Shown one piece after another: positions 18,425-27,456 of a stretch of DNA of 64,000 nt. How positions within the stretch are numbered: position 1 is the first letter of the stretch; every line of letters starts with the position of its first letter. A program made the position numbers and the translations under genes. The stretch is from contig CAVYCN010000010.1 of NCBI GenBank assembly GCA_963767005.1, positions 1-64,000 of the forward strand. Reading direction: 5' to 3'. The DNA is from an uncultured Actinomycetes bacterium (GTDB taxonomy: Bacteria; Actinomycetota; Thermoleophilia; UBA2241). The notes under the pieces are model-generated. The model worked only from the letters and a program-made list of their open reading frames with translations, was not told where the DNA came from and did no database searches.

Positions 18425-18708
18425 ACCAATGTGTGGTAGCCACGACCATAGGATGGCCTCTGGCGCTCGTGGCCGTCTTCGTCCTCATCGTCTGCGCCGT
18501 CGTGCTGTCGTCCATCGTGGCGGGCAGGTCGGCGGTCGCCAGCGAGCGCATCAAGGGTGACAGCGGCGAGCAGTACCGGCAGATCGTCGCCGACTACGAG
18601 ACGCTCGCCCGTGAGACCCGCGACCTCGAGTCGACCATCCAGGCCGAGCTCACCGCGCTGCGTGAGAAGGTCGACGCGATCGAGGCCATGATGCGAGACG
18701 TCGCGTAG
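18421..18708 (+). CDS. Small protein with one TM helix and a coiled coil, coupled to the ArsR gene
   Basis: ATGA overlap; N-terminal TM and heptad-rich C-terminus. Confidence 0.75.
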   Translation: MNQCVVATTIGWPLALVAVFVLIVCAVVLSSIVAGRSAVASERIKGDSGEQYRQIVADYETLARETRDLESTIQAELTALREKVDAIEAMMRDVA

Positions 18709-18833
18709 GGGTCAGTCGCGGTCGGGACCTGCGCGCTCCCGGTCGCCCGCGCGTCCTTGCGCCGGACCCGGCGCTGAGAGAGGGTCAGGCGAGCGGCCGG
18801 AGACGCGAGCCGCCGATCGAGCGAAGGTGCCGT

Positions 18834-20123
18834 TTGCGTCGTTTGCCGTTCGAGAGAGAGTCGTCGGGACCGCCGGGTCCGGACCGCACGACCAGGCAGC
18901 TCCTGGTCGTCTGCATCGCCGGCTTCGTCACGTGGTCCGGTTTCGGTGCGATCCTGCCTTACCTGCCGATCTTCCTGCGGGAGCAGGCGCACAGCTCGCT
19001 CTGGCTGCTGGGCGTGATCGCCTCGTCCTACTACGTCGGCACCCTGGCCTTCTCCGCCCTGTTCGGGCGCGCGAGCGACATCGTCGGCCGCAAGCCGCTC
19101 ATGGTCGGCGGTCTCGTCCTGTTCGCGGTCGCGACGCTGCTGTTCGTCACCACCACGCAGGCGGCCTGGTTCGCCGTCTTCCGGCTGCTCGAAGGCATCG
19201 GTGGAGCGGCCGTGGGGCCGGCGAGCCAGGCCTTCATCGCCGACATCAGCGACGAGAGCACGCGCAGTCGCGCCTACGGCTGGCTGACGAGCGCTCAGTA
19301 CGGCGGCCTCATCCTCGGCCCCGCGCTGGCGCCGCCGCTCTACGCCCTCGGCGGCGGTCACGGCACGCGGGCCTTCTACGCGATCTTCCTGTTCGGCACC
19401 GCGCTCTCGGCCATCACGGCCCTCCTGCTCGCGGTCACGGTGAAGGAGCCGGACCGCGCCGTCGTGGCCGAGCGGTCGCGAGAGCCGCATGTGCCGCTGC
19501 GCGCGCTCGTGACGCGGCCGGTGGCCGCCTTCGTGCTGATCGCGGCGGCGAGCAACTACGCGATGGGCGCGTTCGAGGTCCTCTGGAGCCTATGGCTGCA
19601 CAGGCTCGGCGCCTCGCTTGGCTTCATCAGCGCCACGTGGGTCGTCTTCAGCGTGCCCATGCTGCTGTCGTTCGTCGGCGGCGCGATCGCCGACCGCGGC
19701 AACCGCTTCTGGCTCATGTTCTCCGGCTACACGGTCGCCGCGTGCGCCTGGATCGTGTACGGGACGACGCACAACCTGTGGCTCTTCATCATCGTCAATG
19801 CCATCGAGGGCCTCGCCTTCGCGTGGTCCTATCCCGCCAAGCAGGCCTTCCTCGTCCAGGTGAGCCCGCCGCGCTGGATCGGCGCGATCCAGGGCCTCGA
19901 GACCTCCGCGGCGCTGCTGGCCGCGCTCGTGGGCACGCTGCTCTCGCCCGTCGTCTACGGTCTGATCGGCGGCTGGGCGATCGGCATCGGCGGCGTGACG
20001 GCGCTCGCCGGCCTGGTCTGCGCGGCTCCCGTGCTGCACGGCGAATGGGAACGGATCAAGACCTCGCGCGGGTCCGACCAGCTGTGGCGCCCGAGCGTCG
20101 TGGAACCGCCGGAGGGAGAGTGA
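18834..20123 (+). CDS. MFS transporter (DHA1-like)
   Basis: GRASDIVGRKP motif A, 12 TM, GPALAP motif C region. Confidence 0.92.
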   Translation: MRRLPFERESSGPPGPDRTTRQLLVVCIAGFVTWSGFGAILPYLPIFLREQAHSSLWLLGVIASSYYVGTLAFSALFGRASDIVGRKPLMVGGLVLFAVATLLFVTTTQAAWFAVFRLLEGIGGAAVGPASQAFIADISDESTRSRAYGWLTSAQYGGLILGPALAPPLYALGGGHGTRAFYAIFLFGTALSAITALLLAVTVKEPDRAVVAERSREPHVPLRALVTRPVAAFVLIAAASNYAMGAFEVLWSLWLHRLGASLGFISATWVVFSVPMLLSFVGGAIADRGNRFWLMFSGYTVAACAWIVYGTTHNLWLFIIVNAIEGLAFAWSYPAKQAFLVQVSPPRWIGAIQGLETSAALLAALVGTLLSPVVYGLIGGWAIGIGGVTALAGLVCAAPVLHGEWERIKTSRGSDQLWRPSVVEPPEGE

Positions 20124-20605
20124 GCCGGTCGTGTGAGGAGCTGTGGGACCGGTTCCTTGCCTCGGGCAGCGAGGCCGCGGCGTCGGCGCGCGAGGCGAGG
20201 TACTCGTGCTGGCAGTTCGGTATCGGACCCGAGCAGGGCGACCGGCTCGTCGACTGCGTGTTGCGCGGCACGAAGCGCGCCACGGCCGGAGCGCTGGTCG
20301 CCTACGAGCACGAGGGCGAGCCGCTGCCCGTCTGCGGCGATCTCTCGGTGGTCACCGACGGGTCGGGCGCCGCGCGCTGCGTGATCCGCACGACCGCGGT
20401 CGACGTCGTGCCCTTCGGTCAAGTCGGCGCCGACCACGCGTTCGCGGAGGGCGAGGGCGATCGGTCGCTGCGACAGTGGCGAGCCGCCCACTGGGACTTC
20501 TTCTCGCAGGAGCTCGCCGCGTGGGGTCTGACGCCGGCGCGCGACATGCTCGTCGTGCGTGAGCGCTTCGAGCTGCTGTTCGCCGCCGGGGAGCTGCGCG
20601 CCTAG
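20120..20605 (+). CDS. ASCH domain protein
   Basis: GTKRATA, AEGEGDRSLRQWRAAHWDFF, VVRERF; GTGA overlap with the MFS stop. Confidence 0.88.
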   Translation: MSRSCEELWDRFLASGSEAAASAREARYSCWQFGIGPEQGDRLVDCVLRGTKRATAGALVAYEHEGEPLPVCGDLSVVTDGSGAARCVIRTTAVDVVPFGQVGADHAFAEGEGDRSLRQWRAAHWDFFSQELAAWGLTPARDMLVVRERFELLFAAGELRA

Positions 20606-20816
20606 TGCGCCGCCTCCCATCGTCCTCTACTCATCATCGCCCCACGTCCTCTGCGGCTCCTGATTGGGCTTCGATCGAGTGATCCGTGAAGACTGTGCGA
20701 CTTGACAGTCAGACCGGGACAGACGCAACGCTCTTCAGCGAAGGCACGACGCTCCGGCCACGCGCGCCGGTGCATGCGCTTTTTCGTTGCCGGGACACGC
20801 AGTAGAGTCGGCGGCG

Positions 20817-22031
20817 ATGTCTGTCGAACGCATCGTCGCCGATGGTCTCTGCATGCAGTGCGGCACCTGCGCCGGCGTCTGCCCACACGACGCCGTCGCC
20901 ATGCGCTGGTCCCTTGCTCTCGGCTGGCTCCCCCAGGTCGACGCCGCGCGCTGCACCGACTGCGGCACCTGCCTCGCGGTCTGTCCGGGCGGCGGCCTCG
21001 ACTTCGCCAGGGCCGCGTGGTGGCGGGCGGCCAACGAGGGCGCGCCGGCGCCCGACTTCCTCGGCCCCTGGCGAGGGCTGTGGTTCGGCTGGGCAACAGA
21101 CGAGCAGACTCGCTACCGGGGAGCGTCGGGGGGTGTGGCGACGGTGATCCTGAGCGGGGCGCTCGCGGACGGACTGGCCGATGCCGCCGTGGTCGTGCGC
21201 CCCGCACCCGACAACGCCCTGGCCATGGAGCCGCTGATCGCCCGGTCGGCACAGGAGATCGCCGGCTGCCGCGGCTCCAAGTACAACATGGTGGCGCTCA
21301 ACGTCGCGCTGCGCGAGGTGCTAGCTCGCCCCGGTCGCTACGCCGTTGCCGGCCTGCCCTGCCACGTCCAGGGCCTGCGCCTGGCCCAGCGCCGCGACCA
21401 GCGGCTGCGCGAGCGCGTCGCGCTGATCCTGGGCATCTTCTGCGCCCACAGCGCTGAGCCGCGTGCGACCGCCCTCTCCGCGCGCCGTCTCGGCCTCGAC
21501 CCGGCCGAGCTCGTCGCGGTGCGCTATCGCGGCCCGGGCTGGCCCGGCGGCCTGCGTCTCGAGACGAGGGACGGCGTCGTGCGCGAGCAGCCGTATCCCG
21601 ACTACGACGACGGCGGCGTGCTGGCCCTCACGCCGCCGCGCTGCCGGCTGTGCCCCGACGGCCTGGCCGAGCTCGCCGACATCTCGGTCGGCGACGCCTG
21701 GCTCGACCGCTTCGAGGGCACGCCCGGCGTCTCGGACGTGATCGCCCGTACGCCGGCCGGCGAGGCGCTGGTCAAGCGTCTGACGGGCCGTGGGCTGACG
21801 CTCATCCCGGCGGGCCCCTGCGAGATGCTGCGCTCGCAGCACGACACGCACGGCCTGAAGCGCAGCGTGTGGCGTGGGCGGCTGTGGCTGCGGCGCCGCC
21901 GGGGCCGAGTCGCGCCCGCGTATCCGGGACTGCCCGACCGGCCCAGCCGGCGCGACGTCGCGGCGGGGCTGCTGGCGACCGCCGCCGAGGCGGCACGGCG
22001 CGTGGAGGCCGCCCGGCGCTACGGTCTTTGA
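20817..22031 (+). CDS. FrhB/FdhB family protein (F420 hydrogenase/dehydrogenase beta-like) with N-terminal 2[4Fe-4S] ferredoxin
   Basis: CMQCGTCAGVCP and CTDCGTCLAVCP, ASGGVAT, GSKY, GLPCH, YRGPGWPGG, ADISVGDAW. Confidence 0.88.
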   Translation: MSVERIVADGLCMQCGTCAGVCPHDAVAMRWSLALGWLPQVDAARCTDCGTCLAVCPGGGLDFARAAWWRAANEGAPAPDFLGPWRGLWFGWATDEQTRYRGASGGVATVILSGALADGLADAAVVVRPAPDNALAMEPLIARSAQEIAGCRGSKYNMVALNVALREVLARPGRYAVAGLPCHVQGLRLAQRRDQRLRERVALILGIFCAHSAEPRATALSARRLGLDPAELVAVRYRGPGWPGGLRLETRDGVVREQPYPDYDDGGVLALTPPRCRLCPDGLAELADISVGDAWLDRFEGTPGVSDVIARTPAGEALVKRLTGRGLTLIPAGPCEMLRSQHDTHGLKRSVWRGRLWLRRRRGRVAPAYPGLPDRPSRRDVAAGLLATAAEAARRVEAARRYGL

Positions 22032-22116
22032 CGAGGAGGGCGGTGCCCGGCCGCCGCAGGGCGGCCGGGCGCGCGCTTCCCGGCTCGGGCGCCGGCCCGC
22101 TGCCGCGGGCCGGCCG

Positions 22117-22497
22117 CTAGCGCAGCTCGACGATGCGGCAGGGGATGTCGGCGTCCTCGTCCAGGTGGTGGCTGGCGCAGACGCGGTGGTAGCCGTCGGC
22201 GATCATGAGCGGGCTGCCGCGCGAGAGGTCGCCCCTCACCAGCAGGACGGGCGAGAGCTTGACCGACCGCGCGACCTTGGCCAGGTCCTTGGCGACGTGC
22301 ACGTTGTCAGGCCCGAGAGCCGGCAGGCCGCTCGCCCGCAGCAGGTCCTTGGCCTTGCGGTGCACGACGGCCGCGGCGCGCAGGGCGCTCACCGTGGCGG
22401 CGACCGCGGCGTCGTCGAGGAGCAGGCTCAGGTAGTCCGCAGCGGCGGGGTAGTCGTGGTCGTCGGGCTCCTGCTTCCAGTGCTCGTGGGCGGTCAT
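22117..22497 (-). CDS. Hypothetical protein with ParB/Srx-like IADGYHR motif
   Basis: AAGGAG SD; LSPVLLVRG...LMIADGYHRVCA. Confidence 0.75.
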   Translation of the reverse strand: MTAHEHWKQEPDDHDYPAAADYLSLLLDDAAVAATVSALRAAAVVHRKAKDLLRASGLPALGPDNVHVAKDLAKVARSVKLSPVLLVRGDLSRGSPLMIADGYHRVCASHHLDEDADIPCRIVELR

Positions 22498-22647
22498 GGC
22501 GCGGTCTCCTTCGACGCGGGTGCGGGCGACCCGTACGTCTACCCACCGCGGGCGCCCAGGGGCCGTTGCGGGCGCTAAAGCGCGTCGTGGTCCGGGTGGG
22601 CGCGCGGCGCAGGCGCCGCGGCCGTCGGCCGGCAACCCCGGCGGAGC

Positions 22648-22705
22648 TTGATCCTGGTCAAGATGGTGCTCCGGACGCGTCTGGACATTGTGACGCGTTT
22701 CGCAT
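22648..22705 (+). promoter_or_regulatory. FNR-like box and Rex/CRP-like box upstream of the hydrogenase operon
   Basis: TTGATcctgGTCAA (22648-61, 9/10 to TTGAT-N4-ATCAA); TTGTGAcgcgtTTCgCAt (22688-705, 11/14 to TTGTGAA-N4-TTCACAA). Confidence 0.55.
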
Positions 22706-22954
22706 TCCGCTAGCCTATCGCGTAGGTCTTGTTGATCGCCGACCGAAAGGCACGTCGCGACCCTGCTTGAGTGCTCGAACGCTCTGGAGCTCATGGACGC
22801 CGCCGACCCGACCACGCCATCGTGAGACCCACGCGGCACGCTCCCCGTCCGCTCGCATCGCCTTGCCACCCCCCTTGCCAACGGGTCAGTCCGTTGTGTC
22901 CGGCCGCTCGCCCACAAGCGCGAGAGCGGCACGCGTCCAACCTAGCGAGGTCCG

Positions 22955-23983
22955 ATGACTGTCTCATTCCTGAGAGGTGACGGCTTCCCGGCCTTCGTGG
23001 CCGCGCTCATCGAGTCGCGGCCGGTGTACGGACCGGTGGCCAAGCGCTCGCGCTTCGTCTTCGAGCGCCTCGAGACGCCCGACGAGCTGCGTCTCGACTA
23101 CGACGTCAGCATCCTGCCGCCCAAGAAGCTGTTCTTCCCGCCGGCTCAGGATCTCGTGAAGTTCGACGCCGAGGGCTACGGCGCCGCGCTGGAACCGACC
23201 GAGAAGGTCCTGCTCGGCGTGCACTTCTACGACGTCAAGGCGATCGACCAGACCGACCTGCTGTTCTCGGAACGCAACTACGACGTGAACTACATGGCCC
23301 ACCGCCAGACGACCACGATCGTCGCCGCGAACATCCGGAACGTCTCGAGCCGGGCGTTCTTCGCCTCGGTCGGCAGCGACGTGCAGCCCCAGGGCCACGA
23401 CGCCTTCCTCACGGCGATCGGCGCGGGCTACGTGCTCGAGACGCGCACCGCACGCGGCGAGGAGCTGCTCGGCTTCGGCGCCTTCGAGCCGGCCAGCGCC
23501 GCGCAGGTCGACGGGGCGGCGGCGGTGAACGCCGCCGCCCTCGAACGCTGCCCCGAGAAGCTCGAGCACGCCGCTGCGGCCATCGCCACAAAGGTGCGCG
23601 CCGCCTTCGGCGACGAGAAGCTCTGGTCGGAGCTCGCGGCCGACTGCTTCTCGTGCGGCACCTGCAACACGGTCTGTCCCACCTGCTACTGCTTCGACGT
23701 GCAGGACACCTGGAACGTCGACCAGACGTCGGGCCAGCGCACCCGCTTCTGGGACGGCTGCCTGACCGAGGACTTCGCCAAGTGCTCGCTGGGCGAGGGC
23801 GCCTGCGAGAACTTCCGCGACGACCGGGCGGCGCGTTTCCGCCACCGCATCATGCGCAAGGCGACCTATCTGAACGAGAAGCTGGGCGGCCCGGCCTGCG
23901 TCGGCTGCGGTCGCTGCTCGGCGGGTTGCACCGCCGACATCGCCGACCCGGCCCGGGTCATCAACCGGATCATGGCCTCGTGA
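22955..23983 (+). CDS. hydB: Group 3b [NiFe]-hydrogenase beta (Fe-S) subunit
   Basis: PPKKLFFPP, CFSCGTCNTVCPTCYCFDV, RFWDGC, CVGCGRCSAGC. Confidence 0.92.
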   Translation: MTVSFLRGDGFPAFVAALIESRPVYGPVAKRSRFVFERLETPDELRLDYDVSILPPKKLFFPPAQDLVKFDAEGYGAALEPTEKVLLGVHFYDVKAIDQTDLLFSERNYDVNYMAHRQTTTIVAANIRNVSSRAFFASVGSDVQPQGHDAFLTAIGAGYVLETRTARGEELLGFGAFEPASAAQVDGAAAVNAAALERCPEKLEHAAAAIATKVRAAFGDEKLWSELAADCFSCGTCNTVCPTCYCFDVQDTWNVDQTSGQRTRFWDGCLTEDFAKCSLGEGACENFRDDRAARFRHRIMRKATYLNEKLGGPACVGCGRCSAGCTADIADPARVINRIMAS

Positions 23984-23993
23984 GGTGGGAGAG

Positions 23994-24839
23994 ATGAGCA
24001 GCCATCAGTGCCACTGGACCGAAGTCGAGAACATCTTCCTGCCCCGCAAGGCGACCATCGTCCACACCCTGCAGGCGACCCCGACCGAGACCCATTTCAC
24101 GCTCGCGATGGACGACGGCCGGGCCATGGAGTACGTGCCCGGCCAGATCGTCGAGCTCTCGCTGTTCGGCTACGGCGAGATCCCCATCGGCTTCGCCAGC
24201 TCGCCGACGCGGACCGACACCTTCGACCTGGTCGTGCGCTCGGTCGGTCGCGTGTCCAACGCGGTCACCAGGCTCGGCAAGGGCGACGCGGTCTACGTCA
24301 GAGGCCCGCTGGGCAAGGGCTTCGACCTCGCCGAGCTGCGCGGCCGCGACGTGCTCGTCGTCGCGGGCGGCATCGGCATCTGCCCGACGCGCAGCCTGAT
24401 CCAGTACATCCTGGACCGGCGCGACGAGTTCTCGCGCTTCGTGCTCTTCTACGGCTCGCGCGAGCCCTGCCTGCAGCTCTTCTCGGACGACCTCGCCTGC
24501 TGGCGCGGCGGCGAGGGCGTCGAGTTCTTCGAGACCGTCGACAAGGCCGACGATGGCTGGACGGGCAACGTCGGCGTCATCACCACGCTCTTTCCCAAGG
24601 TCGAGCTCTCGCCCGAGACGCGCGCCGTGATCTGCGGGCCGCCGATCTTCTACCGCTTCGTGATCCGCGAGCTCGACATGATCGGCATCCCCCGCGAGCA
24701 CGTCTTCGTCGACCTCGAGCGCCGCATGAAGTGCGGCGTGGGCAAGTGCGGCCACTGCCAGATCAACGACAGGTACGTGTGTGTCGACGGCCCGGTGTTC
24801 CCGTTCGCCGATGTCCAGGGCCTCGAGGAGGCGTTCTGA
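23994..24839 (+). CDS. hydG: Group 3b [NiFe]-hydrogenase gamma (FAD/NAD(P), 2Fe-2S) subunit
   Basis: PGQ, RGPLGKGF, VAGGIGICP, CGPP, LERRMKCGVGKCGHC, CVDGPVF. Confidence 0.93.
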   Translation: MSSHQCHWTEVENIFLPRKATIVHTLQATPTETHFTLAMDDGRAMEYVPGQIVELSLFGYGEIPIGFASSPTRTDTFDLVVRSVGRVSNAVTRLGKGDAVYVRGPLGKGFDLAELRGRDVLVVAGGIGICPTRSLIQYILDRRDEFSRFVLFYGSREPCLQLFSDDLACWRGGEGVEFFETVDKADDGWTGNVGVITTLFPKVELSPETRAVICGPPIFYRFVIRELDMIGIPREHVFVDLERRMKCGVGKCGHCQINDRYVCVDGPVFPFADVQGLEEAF

Positions 24840-25606
24840 TGAGCAAGCCGAGGGTCGCGTTCTTCGATTTCACCTGTTGCGAGGGCTGCCAGATCGAGTT
24901 CACCAACTACGGCGACACGGCGTTCCTCGAGCTCCTCAAGCACGTCGAGGTTGTCGAGTTCCGCGAGGCGATGTCCGAGAAGACGACCGAGCCGATCGAC
25001 ATCGCCTTCGTCGAGGGCAGCTTCACGCGCGAGGCCGACCGCGCCCGCCTCGAGAGCATCCGCGAGCGCGCCGCCGTCGTCATCGCCTACGGCCAGTGCG
25101 CGGCGAGCGCCGGCATCAACGCGCTCAAGAACCACCAGAGCGACTACCGGCAGTTCGTCTACGGCGACGCAGCCTCGCAGTCGCACCTCGACTCGCAGAA
25201 GGCGCAGCCGATCTCGGCCGCCATCAAGGTCGACTACGCCGCCTACGGCTGCCCCGTCAACAAGTACGAGGTCCTGCAGATCGTGGCGCACCTGCTGCAC
25301 GGCAAGGAGCCCGTGATCCCCAACTATCCTGTCTGTGTCGAGTGCAAGCGGCGCGAGACGGTCTGTCGCTACGACGAGGCCGACCACTGCATGGGCATGG
25401 TGGCGCGGGCCGGCTGCGGCGCGCCCTGCCCCGCCTACGGCGTGCCCTGCGAGGCCTGTCGCGGCTTCGTCGACAAGCCCAACCTGCCGGCCCTGCAGAA
25501 GGTGCTCGTCGAGCAGGCCGGGCTCTCGCCGCGGCGGGCGGCCGACAAGGCACTCATGTTCACCGCCACCGATCTCGAGGCCGCGTCACTGGAGGCCGCG
25601 TCATGA
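24839..25606 (+). CDS. hydD: Group 3b [NiFe]-hydrogenase small (delta) subunit
   Basis: FTCCEGCQ, VEGS, GQCAASAG, GCP, VCVECK, CMG, GCGAPCP, CEACRG; TGATG coupling. Confidence 0.93.
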   Translation: MSKPRVAFFDFTCCEGCQIEFTNYGDTAFLELLKHVEVVEFREAMSEKTTEPIDIAFVEGSFTREADRARLESIRERAAVVIAYGQCAASAGINALKNHQSDYRQFVYGDAASQSHLDSQKAQPISAAIKVDYAAYGCPVNKYEVLQIVAHLLHGKEPVIPNYPVCVECKRRETVCRYDEADHCMGMVARAGCGAPCPAYGVPCEACRGFVDKPNLPALQKVLVEQAGLSPRRAADKALMFTATDLEAASLEAAS

Positions 25607-26937
25607 CCACGACCCGTATCCGCGTCGACCACGTGACCCGCGTCGAGGGTCACGGCAACATCGTCGTCAACGTGACCGACGGCGTGGTCGAAAAGTGCGA
25701 GTGGCAGGTGCCCGAGGCCCCGCGCTTCTTCGAGTCCATGGTCCGCGGCCGGCACTACTCCGAGGTGGCCCGCATCACGAGCCGCATCTGCGGCATCTGC
25801 TCGGTGGGCCACACGCTGGCGTCGGTCAAGGCGACCGAGAACGCGCTCGGCATCGAGGTCAGCGCGCAGAGCTGGAAGCTGCGCGAGCTGCTCAAGCACG
25901 CCGAGAACTTCGACTCGCACGTGCTGCACATCAACGTCCTGGCGGCTCCCGACCTGCTCGGCGTGCCTTCGGTGTTCCCGCTCGTCGCCACGCACGGCGA
26001 GGTCGTGGCGCGAGCTCTGCGGCTCAAGCGCCTCGGGCACGAGTGGGGCTCGCTGATCGGCGGCCGCACGACCCATCCCATGAGCATCGTGCCGGGCGGC
26101 ATGGCGGCGGTCCCGACCGTCAAGGAGCTCAAGGCGTTGCGCGAGCAGCTCGTCGCGGCCGTGCCCGAGATGGAGGCCATGCTGGCGACGGTCGCCGCCC
26201 TGGCGCCCCAGATCCCGGCCTTCGACCGGCCCACCGAGTACGTCGCCCTGTCCAACGACCACGACTACGGGCTCTACGACGGCGACATCCAGTCGATGCT
26301 GCCCGACGGCACGACGCAGCGCTACCCGGTGGCCGACTACAGGCAGGTCACCAACGAGTTCGTGGTGCCGCAGTCGACCGCCAAGTACACCAGGAACAAG
26401 CTGGACTCGTACGCCGCCGGCGCGCTCGCCCGCTTCAACAACAACTACGACAGGCTCCACCCCGAGGCCCGGAAGGTGGCCGAGGCGCTCGGCATGCGGC
26501 CCCTCTGCACCAACCCCTACATGAACACGGTGGCGCAGGCCGTCGAGATCGTCTCCGACGTTTACGAGTCGCTCGCGCTGATCGACGAGCTCGTCGAGAC
26601 CGGCGTGGCGCTCGAGCCGCTCGTCGAGCCGGCCCGGTTCGGCGCGGGCGCCGGTGCGACCGAGGTGCCACGCGGCATCCTCTTCCACGAGTACGGCTAC
26701 GACGCCGAGGGCGTGTGCCAGGGGGGCAACTGCATCATCCCGACCAACCAGAACCACAACAACATCCAGCACGACTTCGAGAAGCTCGTGCCCGAGCTCC
26801 TCGCCCAGGGCAAGGGCGAGAACGAGATGGCGCTCGCGCTCGAGATGCTGGTGCGCTCCTACGACCCCTGCATCTCATGCTCGACCCACTACCTCGACGT
26901 CGGCTTCGTGACCGGGCGCGCCACGAAGTCGCGCTAG
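25603..26937 (+). CDS. hydA: Group 3b [NiFe]-hydrogenase large (alpha) subunit
   Basis: TRVEGHG, L1 SRICGICSVGH, EVPRG, L2 RSYDPCISCSTH with C-terminal cleavable tail. Confidence 0.96.
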   Translation: MTTTRIRVDHVTRVEGHGNIVVNVTDGVVEKCEWQVPEAPRFFESMVRGRHYSEVARITSRICGICSVGHTLASVKATENALGIEVSAQSWKLRELLKHAENFDSHVLHINVLAAPDLLGVPSVFPLVATHGEVVARALRLKRLGHEWGSLIGGRTTHPMSIVPGGMAAVPTVKELKALREQLVAAVPEMEAMLATVAALAPQIPAFDRPTEYVALSNDHDYGLYDGDIQSMLPDGTTQRYPVADYRQVTNEFVVPQSTAKYTRNKLDSYAAGALARFNNNYDRLHPEARKVAEALGMRPLCTNPYMNTVAQAVEIVSDVYESLALIDELVETGVALEPLVEPARFGAGAGATEVPRGILFHEYGYDAEGVCQGGNCIIPTNQNHNNIQHDFEKLVPELLAQGKGENEMALALEMLVRSYDPCISCSTHYLDVGFVTGRATKSR

Positions 26938-26977
26938 CCCGGACGCAAGCGACAGAGCCGCTCGGCGGACTGGCGAG

Positions 26978-27433
26978 ATGCGCTATCTGGTCGGCGTAGG
27001 CAACGTCCTGGCCGGCGACGACGGCGTCGGCCCGCGCGTGGTCGAGCAGGCCGTGGCGAGCGGCCTCGACGCCGACGTCGTGGCCGTCGACCTCTCGACC
27101 GACGCGCTCAGCCTGGTGGCCTACCTGGGCGCCGAGACCGAGGCGCTGCTCGTCGTCGACGCGGCGCGCCTGGGCATCGCGCCGGGCGACTGCCGCATCT
27201 TCTCGCCCGACGAGGTCGAGACGCACAAGGAGCTGAGCGGCCTGACGACCCACGAGGGAGACGTGCTCAGAGTGGTGGAGCTGGCGCGCACGGCCGGCTA
27301 CACGATCCCGCCGCTCGCCGTCATGGGCATCGAACCGCGCGACACACTACTGGGGACGCCCCTGTCCGCCGACCTCGAGGCGCGCCTGGCGGCCTACGCC
27401 GCCACCGCGGCCGCGCACCTCATGGCGCTGTGA
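26978..27433 (+). CDS. Hydrogenase maturation protease
   Basis: GVGNVLAGDDGVG, VVDAA, TTH, GIEP. Confidence 0.92.
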   Translation: MRYLVGVGNVLAGDDGVGPRVVEQAVASGLDADVVAVDLSTDALSLVAYLGAETEALLVVDAARLGIAPGDCRIFSPDEVETHKELSGLTTHEGDVLRVVELARTAGYTIPPLAVMGIEPRDTLLGTPLSADLEARLAAYAATAAAHLMAL

Positions 27434-27456
27434 GCGGGTCTCGTCGGCAGGGGCGG

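Noticed and set aside
25603-26937. Selenocysteine [NiFeSe] variant
   Set aside because: L2 reads DPCISC with Cys codons; no in-frame TGA.
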